A DNA stretch of 64,000 nucleotides, from positions 341-64,340 of the forward strand of contig MNCI01003421.1 of NCBI GenBank assembly GCA_015680685.1, written 5' to 3'. Source of the stretch: Gnetum montanum (lineage: Eukaryota; Plantae; Gnetophyta). Under the pieces are notes generated by a model. It was not told where the DNA came from, made no database searches, and saw nothing but the letters and a program-made list of their open reading frames with translations. Both the position numbers and the translations under genes were made by a program. Shown here in pieces: positions 53,087 to 64,000 of the stretch. Each line of letters begins with the position of its first letter. Position 1 is the first letter of the stretch.

Positions 53087-56000
53087 GAGCTTAGGACAGC
53101 CAGTACACATGCTACCTCTCTTAATGGACAACCCTACTCACTATTTCAAATCTCCTCCTTCCAACTTAGTTGTGGGAGAGATGGCCACCTATTCTAACCA
53201 TTCTAGGCCTTCAGTTCTTTTTGAATTTTTGTTTTACACATTCTTTCAAATTTTCTTATTTTTGTTTTACACCATTGTTCATGTTTTCACTATTTCTTTG
53301 TTTTCTTGATTTACTTTTATTCATCATCTAATAAGTGCTCATGATGGTGGATTGAATTATATCATATTTATTGCTAATGTTTTGTTTTTACCTTTCAATT
53401 ATGATGCTGATATTAAGGTATGGTTCTTTTGGTAAAACAGGTAATGAGTCCACGCCGTCCACTCATCCATACAACTCTATGGTCTCCTTTGGCTTGGAAC
53501 TGTATAGTCCTCTTTTTCTAAGTAAACTTTTAATGAATTGGTGGATGCATACGTTTTAAACCAAGGAAAGACCCAAAGGATGAAAAGGGTGTGACTTCAA
53601 GGGAATTTGATGCATTTGTGCTAGCCATTCTCTTTGGTGCTTGGATGCTTTTTCTTGGGTTTTCCACCATTCTGACATTGTTCAAAAATTGAGAAGCAAA
53701 GTGAATAAAAATAAGTCTTTGCATGATGTGGTTATCACGCCAAAAAAATAACCAAAAATAAAGAAAATAAAGAGTGATAATTCAAAACACACCCTTGGAC
53801 ATAATAAATCAATATGGGCTACAAGCATTGGTTATGGAACTAAAAAGATATGTTCCCCATGCCTGAAGGTTCCCTCTAACTAAGGCCCTTTTTTGCTTTC
53901 TACTTCTCCATCTCACTCTCTTTGGAATGGTGGTCACTCTTTGTGGAAGCATTCTTGTTGCTTCAAGTGGACAAATGGTCAAGTGTGTTGATGTGAGGCC
54001 ACTAGATGTGGTTTTTTTTAGTCTAGATTTGGGATGAGTTCTACTTAGTTACATTAACCATGAAATACACAAGGGACTTTACACAACCTTGTTCTTGGGA
54101 TTCCATTCCATTCTCTCCTCTCCATCTTTCTTCCTATTTTTCCACCTCATTGCTAGTTTTATCATTAGTCTATTTCTGAGTTGATGCATTGTTTTTCTTT
54201 GGTGAATTATTGTAGGTAATTTTTTAGCTCTTGCTTCCAAATGACATTCCTAGAGCCTATGGACTCTTTCGTTTGTGGGTTTTTTAGGGCATAAAGGGCA
54301 TGGGTCTACTTTGGGGATGACCCACTGGCATTTCTTTTTGGTGTAATTGTTAACTTATTTCCCTTAAACATTTCCTATAATCAATCATTTCTTGTTTCAT
54401 CCCCATCCATGACATCCATTTTATTGGTGTTGCCGTTGATATTTTTCATCTTTCTTGTTCCTCATGTTTTTCCATCTTATAGCTACTGGAGGTTTGCTCT
54501 TAGTCATGGGGGCCCTGGCACAAATTTTTCAATTTTTTCCATTTTACTAATTGCCTAACCCCTACACCTTGGGTAGTTGTCAATGATAAATCTCCAAATT
54601 AGTTTCTTCCATAACCACAACTCAACCAATGCACTTCATATCGAGGCAAGGTATTAACTGCATTGTGGATTATCTATCCTTGCTCATTTGTGACTATGTT
54701 GTGTGTGCAAATGGCAATCATACAAACAATGGACTGTGCTTGGAGGAAGCACTCAGGATGGACCAGAACTAGAGCATTTACGAAAGGAGCAAGTTTGGTG
54801 GCATGGTTATGGATAAACAATGGAAGGCACAATCTCAGAATTGGCGGCAGCATGCTCCATCTTCTTTCTCTATCTCTTTTTCTCTTCAAGCTGCCAAATA
54901 AAGGCTTGGATGTCATTTATGTATGAGTGTTCATCACAATGGCCATGAACACTAATGTTGTAATATGCTTATTGATCCGTTCATTGGGCACGTTGAGTCT
55001 GTCTTCCCATTCCACTATCAGTTGTCAATTAGTCAATAATCCCATACCTTCCCAATATTTTGTAAGGAACTCGANCAAATCGTTCAATTACACTTAGTAC
55101 GATCACTTCGAGCATGCGTGTAGGTAACCCAGTAACGATTAGCATTTGGTAATTCCAATAGTGTTGCACTGGGTTAGGATGTGTACAACAAGTGAGAACA
55201 GATACAAGTGTTAGGATTAGTTAAAGCCTAGTTAATCAGTAGTTAAGTTAAATTAGTCACTTAGTTATCTCTCTCTCCTCCCTTATTAGTAGCAGGATAT
55301 AAAAACATAAAAGCTATAGAAATCATATGCCTCAAGCTTACTTAACCATACAATCATGACCTGCAGGTAAGCTTGGGAAGACAACAATCAACCAACCCAT
55401 CCTTGTTCCACAATGGTGCATAGGCACTTAGTCCTTAGAATTTGACCAGATCGTGTGTGAAATGCTTGTATTCATACGATTGAGCGTAGGGGTACCTCAC
55501 CTCTCAGCAGTAAGTTTTATAGGATTGTTATCACACTTGTGATACTTTACAGTATAAAATGTTATCCTATTAAAAAGTACCAAGCTTAATGCATGCATGT
55601 GACATAGATGTGTACGCTAAGGTGGATGTTGTGTGACTAAGAAAGATCGAATTAACAGCTCTCTTATTAGGAGAAGCTTTGAAGTAGCACTTATAGATGA
55701 GAAGATTAAGAAAAGTCATCTTAGATGTTTTGATCTTTTGATGTGCTAACAAGACCAAAGTATGCTTCTATTAAAGGAGGTCACTTTGTTAAGGTTGAGG
55801 GGAAACAAGCAAAGAGATAGATAATAATAAGGTATTAGCCTAGTGGTAAGACTCTTGATTTGGAAGCTCCAAGTTATGGGATTGATTCTAGTGGGCAATG
55901 CTAAGTTATAAATTTTATAATTTATAATATTAAACAAGAGTTTTGGGTTCCAACACTTGCACACCCCGACTATCTAAAACAAAGAGGTAGCTCCAAATAT

Positions 56001-57938
56001 ATCTCTTAATCCTTATTTTGCTCTTAGTAAAATTACATGGTGTAAAAGAACTCATATAGCTAACCCCATGAAGTTGGGATAAGATAAGGGTAAAGATGAT
56101 TATGATGATCATGGTGACTTTGATACATGATTAGTTTTTTTAATTTTGATGACATTGTAGTCTTTGGCTTGATTTTACTTTGATATCTAAGAGAATGTTT
56201 TAGGGACCATTATTTGGAGTGATGTTAAGGTGCTTATTTCTCAATTCAAACATGGGCATAGCCACTTGAAGAGGTTAGGCTTTCTGTTATTTACCAACCC
56301 ACCTAGGACCTTGCTTAGTGAGATGAGCACTATAACATCATCTCTTTCATCTACCAATCCTCTCGAGACCTTGCTTAGTGGGATAAGCACTATGGCTTTG
56401 GGTGATGATTCATGTTATCTAAGAGAATGTTTTGAAGTACAATTTTGATAAGAATTTGCAAAAGGTAAATGACATTAAAAGTAGAATGTCAAAATCTATG
56501 TTTGCAAACTAGGATTATTCATTTCAATGTACTCTTGTTTAATAGTCTTGTTTAAATGTTGTTCTCAATCATGTTTATTAGTTATATAGATTTCAATGTA
56601 AGATATGCTTCACTATTGTTCTACCCGTTAATAGTATGATAAAAAAAAGAAAAGTCATTTTGAGATGGGATGTCTACTTGACCAATCTTTAGCTTGGACT
56701 AAGATGGTTTAAACTTTAAGAATGAATGTTGACAATACAGGTTAATTTTTGAAGTATTAAACTTGGAAGAAAAGTATTTCAATTTGGCTTTCAAGAGAGG
56801 TAGAGGGTAGAATGTTCAAGTTGCACCTTTGTTTAATTGACTCTTACAAAAATAACTTTTTCTTAGGGAAGACAACTTGAGGGTCATAGCATAACCCCTA
56901 CCTACACAATAAGGTAGATGTGACCCATTAACAAAAAGGTCCCATCACAAGACTACTCCTCTATGGTTACACTTATAAACAAATCACCCATAATTTGAAC
57001 ATTGCAATGCAAGTAATGCCAGCAACAAAGGTAACATCTTTATGGAAACAAAAAAAGAAAAGGACAAACTACTTGTCACCTTCTCTATTGTTGAGTGAGA
57101 ACGTTAAAAGAGAAGGATGCGGTCGGCATGGAATATTTAATAAGATGTGGGTCTGATTTAGGATTTGTATATAATTACATGGTTGACGCAACATACAGCG
57201 AAAGCAAAAGGAAAGCAACGTTGGAAGAAGTAACCGCATCCGCATTTCGGTGGTCGGTCGCACGTCTCTCACGTTCTATATCGTTCTGTAGAGTTTCAAA
57301 TCGTCCTGTACTGCTACTGTTGAGAGTTTACAGTTTCAGTTGGTGAGCACAGCCCACAAACGTTGTTTCTCTTTCTTTTTTATCAACATGAAGATGACAT
57401 TTCCAAGAAACTGTTGGAAGATCTTACTCTTCAATAGTAAAATAGCACATGTCAGTGCCCGGAGATCAAGGCTATATTTTCTACCGGATCAAATAAAGAA
57501 ATAAGGCGATATTGCGTGCCATGCAAGGCTCGCTTGAGTAGGTCGAAACTGGGAATAATGGGGTCGCTTCTTTTGAAGCCCTCTTCTTTTTCGCCTGTGC
57601 AGACATTGGTACGCAGCTTCTGTCCGTCACGCGCCACTAGCAAATGAAAATACAAAACCAACGCTTCTGGCCTTCTTTGTCAACCGAAACAGCAAAATGG
57701 AAAAAGTCCGGAACCCATATTATTTAAGGTCGGATTTGGTTGCCTACACAACTTTAACCCAAATTTCCACCCTCACATTTATGATGACAATGCCCTGTCA
57801 TGACAGGTAGCCTTTTGACCAAAATACAGGAGTGCATTCTAAAGCTATGTAAATACTAAAAGTCTAAAACTATAGATTGTATAGTTTAGTAGACGTGGAG
57901 TATCAAATGATGCAGAGCGTGGAGTGGAGCGCTTTGCC

Positions 57939-57945
57939 TATAAAA
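57939..57945 (+). promoter_or_regulatory. TATA box of the peroxidase gene
   Basis: CCTATAAAAG about 70 bp upstream of the ATG at 58015. Confidence 0.7.
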
Positions 57946-58002
57946 GCTAGACCAGGGCACCTGTTCAGTGCAACCAATTCAAGAAAGTAAGGGAGCAAAT
58001 AA

Positions 58003-58405
<403 letters not shown>

Positions 58406-58464
58406 AAACACATTTATTGTTCCTGGATGTATTTTGCAGAAGTTCATTTTCTCTGCATCTACAT

Positions 58465-58594
58465 AGACGTTGACGTAGTAAAATATGCTTTTCATTTTCG
58501 TTTTAATATCTTATATATCATGGACCCGAAGACGTTGACGTAGTAAAATATGCTTTTCATTTTCGTTTTAATATCTTATATATCATGTACCCGA
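58465..58594. repeat. 65-bp tandem duplication in the intron
   Basis: AGACGTTGACGTAG...ACCCGA occurs at 58465 and 58530 with one mismatch. Confidence 0.9.
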
Positions 58595-59287
58595 ACTTTA
58601 ATGATAGTAACTTGTTTGTTTATCGAGTTTTAAAATACAGTTTTTTGGGTATTTGATTAAGAAAGAGGTTAGGCTTGTGATCATTCACTAGCCCTTGCTA
58701 AGGAACCCATTTACCACTAGGTATCCTATATCTCATATAGAAGGCTGCATACATAGATTTGAAAATAATGCATGCAATAACGCAATGGCAACTAATGACA
58801 TTATAAAAAGGGTCATTGCCAATGGCTTAAGTGGTTAGCTTGAGGCTAAAGGTATAAGCACTTACTTGAGGCATCTTTATATTCCTAAGCTGATTAATTC
58901 TCTTTAAAGTGTGTTTAGTTTCTTGAACTTGTAGACTTTGGGTCTTAGTAGATGGTAAATCTAAGGATTCATGAATTGCTATAGATTACACCTTTATAAG
59001 TTAAATATGAAAAAGGTGGCTATCTTAGTTGGATCCATGAAAAACCACACATTAACTCCTAACAAAACCATGCCAAACCAAACAACATTTCTAATCCAAA
59101 AATGCTGCTTAGAAGACTCTCCTAACCATCAATGTATCAGGCTAGCTATATATGTCATGTGTATATATAGTGAAATTAGTTAGCTAAGTATCTTTATATT
59201 TGTATAATTAATTTTTATGATAGTTATAGTATGAAGGGTTGATGGATGAGTAAACGCCAATCCTGAATAAATGAGGTAACAATGTAG

Positions 59288-60025
59288 GGCTGCGATGGAT
59301 CGGTGCTGCTAGACGGATCCTCGGGGGAGAAGGAAGCGCTGCCGAACAAGAACTCGCTGCGGGGCTTTGACGTCGTGGACAGCATCAAGTCGGAGCTCGA
59401 GTCGGCCTGCCCGGGCACCGTCTCGTGTGCCGACATCCTCGCCTTGGCCGCGCGCGACTCCGTCGTTGCTCTGGGTGGCCCCTACTGGACCGTCAGCCTC
59501 GGCCGCCGCGACTCGCTCACGTCCAACCTCAGCGCCGCTAACAACGACATTCCGGGGCCCAACATGCCGCTGGCTCAGCTCAAGTCCAAGTTCAGCGACA
59601 AGGAACTCAACTCCAACGAAATGGTGGCTCTGACCGGCGCCCACACCATCGGTCAGGCTCGCTGCGTCACCTTCCGCAGCCGCATCTACAGCGACTCCGA
59701 TATCGACCCATCTTTCGCTTCCGCTCGTAAATCTTCTTGCCCGTCTACCAGCGGCAACGGCGATCAGAATATCGCTCCTCTGGATTTGCAGACGCCCACC
59801 AACTTCGACAAGAACTACTACGAGAATCTGCTGTGCAAGAAGGGGCTCCTTCACTCGGACCAGCAGCTCTTCACCGATTCCACGGCGTCCCTGGTCGAGC
59901 ACTACGCCTCGAACCAGAACGCTTTCTTCTCCGACTTCGGTCCTGCTATGATTAAGATGGGCAACATCTCCCCCCTCACCGGCTCCTCCGGCGAGATCCG
60001 CAAAAACTGCCACCGCCCCAACTAA
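59288..60025 (+). CDS. Class III secretory heme peroxidase, exon 2 (spliced product 324 aa; resembles cationic/P7-type peroxidases)
   Basis: AG|GGC TGC GAT gives GCDGSVLLD; [13 protein letters not shown]; [17 protein letters not shown]; LGRRD; proximal His in GAHTIG; [13 protein letters not shown]; IRKNC. All eight conserved Cys are present and there is no C-terminal extension. Confidence 0.97.
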   Translation, partial: GCDGSVLLDGSSGEKEALPNKNSLRGFDVVDSIKSELESACPGTVSCADILALAARDSVVALGGPYWTVSLGRRDSLTSNLSAANNDIPGPNMPLAQLKSKFSDKELNSNEMVALTGAHTIGQARCVTFRSRIYSDSDIDPSFASARKSSCPSTSGNGDQNIAPLDLQTPTNFDKNYYENLLCKKGLLHSDQQLFTDSTASLVEHYASNQNAFFSDFGPAMIKMGNISPLTGSSGEIRKNCHRPN

Positions 60026-60147
60026 GCTAAACTAAACTCTACTCATTACAGTATTCCCTCCCTCACCGCATCCGACATCGCCTCCTTTCCCGTCATGTTG
60101 TTTCTTGACTTCAACTCAAGTTTCACGTACCCGCTTCTCGTTTAGAA

Positions 60148-60153
60148 AATAAA
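60148..60153 (+). terminator. Candidate polyadenylation signal AATAAA
   Basis: About 120 bp after the peroxidase stop codon. Confidence 0.4.
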
Positions 60154-61006
60154 CTATTTGATCCGCTTTGGCCTCTCCAAATGAGCGTACGTTCACGAGT
60201 CTACAGACATTATAGTGAGACCATATCGAATATGTTAATGTGCTAGTCAACGTCTTAGTATTTTACTTCGGTTAATGAAGCTATCTTTGTCGCGTGTGGT
60301 TCACATGGATTAGTATTTTGGAAATAAAAGAGAGAGAAGGTACAGGATGCACTTGGTCAAACAGATATCAGAACACGTACCTTTTTTGCTTCCGGTGTGT
60401 GTTTGCTCCATCTCTTAATAAGGAAAAGATCCTAGAACAATCCTCTCCCTAGAAATAATCACAACAAGACATTGAAAATATAAATATCTAAGGTGTTAGT
60501 TTAGTACTAAATTTTTAAAAAAGTTATAAGTAATGGATTCCATTTTAATGGGTAATGCTAAGTTATAAAGTTCTAACTAGACTATATGTCTTAGAGTGTT
60601 CCTACATTAAAATTATTTTAGGATTCCAACATTTATATATTTTGATTTTCTTTTTCACTTGGTATAGACCTCTAAATGCCCTATGTTTTGCTGATGATAA
60701 GTACCTCAAGTAGTTAATTTATTGTTTTCTTATGCAAGAGTTACTAATTCAAGTTGCATTTGAGGTATCATGATAGTCAATTTATTTTGATTTCAATCCA
60801 CCACAACCCCAAAATGCCATGTCTTACCTATTTTCTTTCTATCTTTAACAATGACATGTTAACCTTGTGGTACAAGTCTTAGCTCGGTAGCACCAAGTTA
60901 CAAGTTTGATTCTACTAGGTAGCATTGAGTTATGAACTTCNGGTCTTAGCTCGGTAACACCAAGTTACAAGTTTGATTCTACTAGGTAGCATTGAGTTAT
61001 GAACTT

Positions 61007-61795
61007 NNNNNNNNNNNNNNNNNNNNNNNNNNNNNNNNNNNNNNNNNNNNNNNNNNNNNNNNNNNNNNNNNNNNNNNNNNNNNNNNNNNNNNNNNNNNNN
61101 NNNNNNNNNNNNNNNNNNNNNNNNNNNNNNNNNNNNNNNNNNNNNNNNNNNNNNNNNNNNNNNNNNNNNNNNNNNNNNNNNNNNNNNNNNNNNNNNNNNN
61201 NNNNNNNNNNNNNNNNNNNNNNNNNNNNNNNNNNNNNNNNNNNNNNNNNNNNNNNNNNNNNNNNNNNNNNNNNNNNNNNNNNNNNNNNNNNNNNNNNNNN
61301 NNNNNNNNNNNNNNNNNNNNNNNNNNNNNNNNNNNNNNNNNNNNNNNNNNNNNNNNNNNNNNNNNNNNNNNNNNNNNNNNNNNNNNNNNNNNNNNNNNNN
61401 NNNNNNNNNNNNNNNNNNNNNNNNNNNNNNNNNNNNNNNNNNNNNNNNNNNNNNNNNNNNNNNNNNNNNNNNNNNNNNNNNNNNNNNNNNNNNNNNNNNN
61501 NNNNNNNNNNNNNNNNNNNNNNNNNNNNNNNNNNNNNNNNNNNNNNNNNNNNNNNNNNNNNNNNNNNNNNNNNNNNNNNNNNNNNNNNNNNNNNNNNNNN
61601 NNNNNNNNNNNNNNNNNNNNNNNNNNNNNNNNNNNNNNNNNNNNNNNNNNNNNNNNNNNNNNNNNNNNNNNNNNNNNNNNNNNNNNNNNNNNNNNNNNNN
61701 NNNNNNNNNNNNNNNNNNNNNNNNNNNNNNNNNNNNNNNNNNNNNNNNNNNNNNNNNNNNNNNNNNNNNNNNNNNNNNNNNNNNNNNNNNNNNNN
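61007..61795. other. Assembly gap
   Basis: Run of N. Confidence 1.
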
Positions 61796-64000
61796 GAAAT
61801 GTTAGTTAGTCAATTACGTTAAAGAGTATGCATCAATGTGCCTATATAAATGTGCACACCTACCACATTTATGCCACCTTTTGATCATTTCATTGTCAAA
61901 CTCTTATAGTTTTCTTACTTGAAATTTAGAATGTTTTTTCCTTTAAGTGCCTCCAACATGGATTAAGCAAGTTGTATAGAGTTTTATTTGAGTGTACTAT
62001 GTACCTAGACATATATGCATAATGATAATAAAATCAAGTTTTGTTTTCTCTATTATAGTATTCAAACTAGTAGTTTGATTTATTTTCTTGCATTATACTC
62101 TTAGTATTTATTTACTTTTCCATGTTATCAATTAAGTATTTCATTATTTTATACTCAAACATATATACATGAGCATGACTACTTCAAGTATATGTACTAG
62201 TATTTAGTAATTCTAACAATGAACACTTGCTATGCCTAGTAGTGAAAAGTAGGGAATATATGCTCTATGCTAGGCTAATTTAAATTATTTTCTCGCATTT
62301 AGATCATTAGTTTAATATTTTAATTAATAAAAAAATCATCATATACCTCAATCATACTTAACCATACCACTTGAGCTAACACAAGTTATGATTGGTTAGA
62401 CAATAATCAATGATCCTACACTTAGGTATCTAAGGCATCCTACTAACCACATTTATGGAATTTGACTAGATTGCATGTAAATGCTTGTGATCTATAAAGT
62501 TGGGTATAGGGTCTACTCTACTACTTATCATTGGCACCATGGCCAAGGATTGTTGCACTAGTGTTTTACATAGCTAAAATCATACAAGGATCATTGTAGC
62601 TCCACAATAATGTATCATGCAAAAATAATAATAGTTTATTCAAGGCACACTTGGTGAACTAAAAAGATATCTTCATTTTACAAGGCTCATTACCTATGTA
62701 CAGATGACTTTACAAGATCCCATGATAGGACAAGAAAGAATGTAGATGATGTACCTTAATAGATCAAAGTTATCTACACATACCTTGATCCCTATTATTT
62801 GTACTTCACCTTCATTCTTCACTAGGATGAACAATTACTATGAAGAGACCTAGAGGGCAACATAGTATTTCCATCTAATCATGCAATCTCATTAATGTTT
62901 ATGTCATCACTGATGAAGTTGGGGCTTCAAGCAGTAGCCCTGAGTTATAAGGTGGTTGATAATATCTCTTGGGACTATTAACCAACAAAAGTCTAGCTCC
63001 AAAAGGACAAATTTAGGGAGGCTTATCATGAAGATTCTAGAAACAAAGGAACCATGATCCAACTAGCATAATAATTGAAGGATACTAATTACCCATTAGG
63101 AAAATCTTAAGGACAAGGTCCTCCTTCCTCCAGTGAAGAAAAAGCAACCTATTAATGATTGGACTCAACCTTCGTAAGCCTCCAAGATAAGGAGATAGCT
63201 AGACCTAAAACAAATGGATCCTCAAGATGAGGATCTTCTAACTAACAATCAAGAGAATAACAAAGAGACCAAAGATGGAAAGTAGGCCAATGTAACTCTC
63301 CTAGCTTTCCATCCTCATCCTCATTGTTAAGCTCTACCAAGTATCATAGATAAGAAGAAGATGATAGAAGGCTTTATTGTAAATATTTGAGGAGAGAATG
63401 TAGGAAAGAACAAGAAGAATGAGAACATCATCAAGAAAGAATACATAGTAGGTAATACCATAGAAGGAATGGTCATGATAGAGGACATGAAGGACATGAT
63501 GCATATGATAAACCATTACTTGCTATAATAAAGATGATCAATATTATTGAGTTAGTTTATATTCCTACTAGGCATCAAAGGGATAATCGAATCAAATGGC
63601 TAGACATGAATATTATTCCTAAGTCTGAAGGAGGCCACAATGTTTATCCTCAACATCACTTGCAAGTCTTTCACAATGCATGTGCCTTGTAGAATATTGA
63701 AAATTAATGATAAAAGTAAAGCTCTTTTCTAGGATACTCATCAAAGAAAGTGAAAGTTGGTATTGGTTCTTGAAACTAGAGTTTATCAAAAGATGAAGTA
63801 CAACATTGGAGCTATTCAATAATAAATACCAAAAGTGCTCTTGGTACTCAATTTGAGAAAGTAGATTTAAGAATGAAGATAAGGAAATTAGGAATCCCTT
63901 GATGCATCCTTGGGTAGGTACTATTCTTTACTTCAAAGATGTCAAGGCCATGGGATCTCTCAAAGGAAGTAATTGTACCATGTTATAGATGAACTCCAAA
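61796..64000 (+). mobile_element. Athila-like copy D: 5' LTR (start in the gap), PBS and degenerate gag running off the window
   Basis: LTR ends ...CTTATCA at 62530. PBS TGGCACCATGGCCAAGGA at 62532-62549. Gag motifs FTFILH.DEQL..RDLEG and LDMNIIPK.EGG...HHLQVFHNACAL match copies B and C. Confidence 0.85.

Larger units (their letters stand above)
45963..55509 (+). mobile_element. Athila-like copy C (5' LTR, PBS, gag-pol, part of the 3' region, half of the 3' LTR after an n join)
   Basis: LTR 45963-46926. PBS TGGTGCCATTGCTGTGGAC at 46928-46946. 55076-55509 closely matches ~46487-46926. No matching TSD was found, and sequence is probably missing at n55075. Confidence 0.85.

Noticed and set aside
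45963-55509. Copy C as a naturally env-less complete element
   Set aside because: The n at 55075 joins the 3' region to the middle of an LTR, and the flanks (AGGTG / GTAAG) are not a TSD, so missing or misjoined sequence is more likely.
56290-56400. ~60-bp imperfect tandem repeat
   Set aside because: Two decayed units in repeat-like DNA with no supportable function.
57069-57661. Small ORFs upstream of the peroxidase
   Set aside because: No recognisable domains or splice structure, so more simply unmethylated promoter sequence.
59309-60013. 234-aa antisense ORF (and alternate-frame ORFs) over peroxidase exon 2
   Set aside because: An expected shadow of GC-rich codon usage that lacks stop triplets, with no recognisable motifs.
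59288-60025. Horizontal transfer of the GC-rich peroxidase exon
   Set aside because: The protein is a typical land-plant class III peroxidase with the conserved first intron and a local paralogous relic. Composition alone is not evidence.

Overview
AT-rich plant nuclear DNA from a gapped draft assembly, made mostly of nested, decayed transposons around one intact host gene. The lineage cannot be fixed from the sequence. From left to right: the 3' LTR of a probable Tat-like Gypsy element inserted into Sirevirus-like Copia sequence (two related copies, - strand); a family of Athila-like Ty3/Gypsy elements; old Copia and RTE-LINE debris; a 5.8-kb hAT DNA transposon; and a secreted class III peroxidase gene (58015-60025, two exons). 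The Athila-like family includes one complete 12.9-kb copy with TSD AGGAT, one copy lacking RT/RH/INT, two partial copies and several fragments. The hAT has a perfect 8-bp TSD and sits just before the stop codon of a class III peroxidase relic. I see no prokaryote-type system and no rRNA, tRNA or CRISPR. The best candidates for something undescribed are (i) a long coiled-coil ORF at the env position of the Athila-like family, kept even in the copy that lost pol, with a conserved FxxW(Y/F)V..N..F...PCPW...HD...EEK C-terminal motif, plus other unannotated modules in that family, and (ii) the peroxidase locus, with its fused GC-rich 3' exon, duplicated splice donor and hAT-interrupted paralogue. 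All alignments and translations were done by eye.
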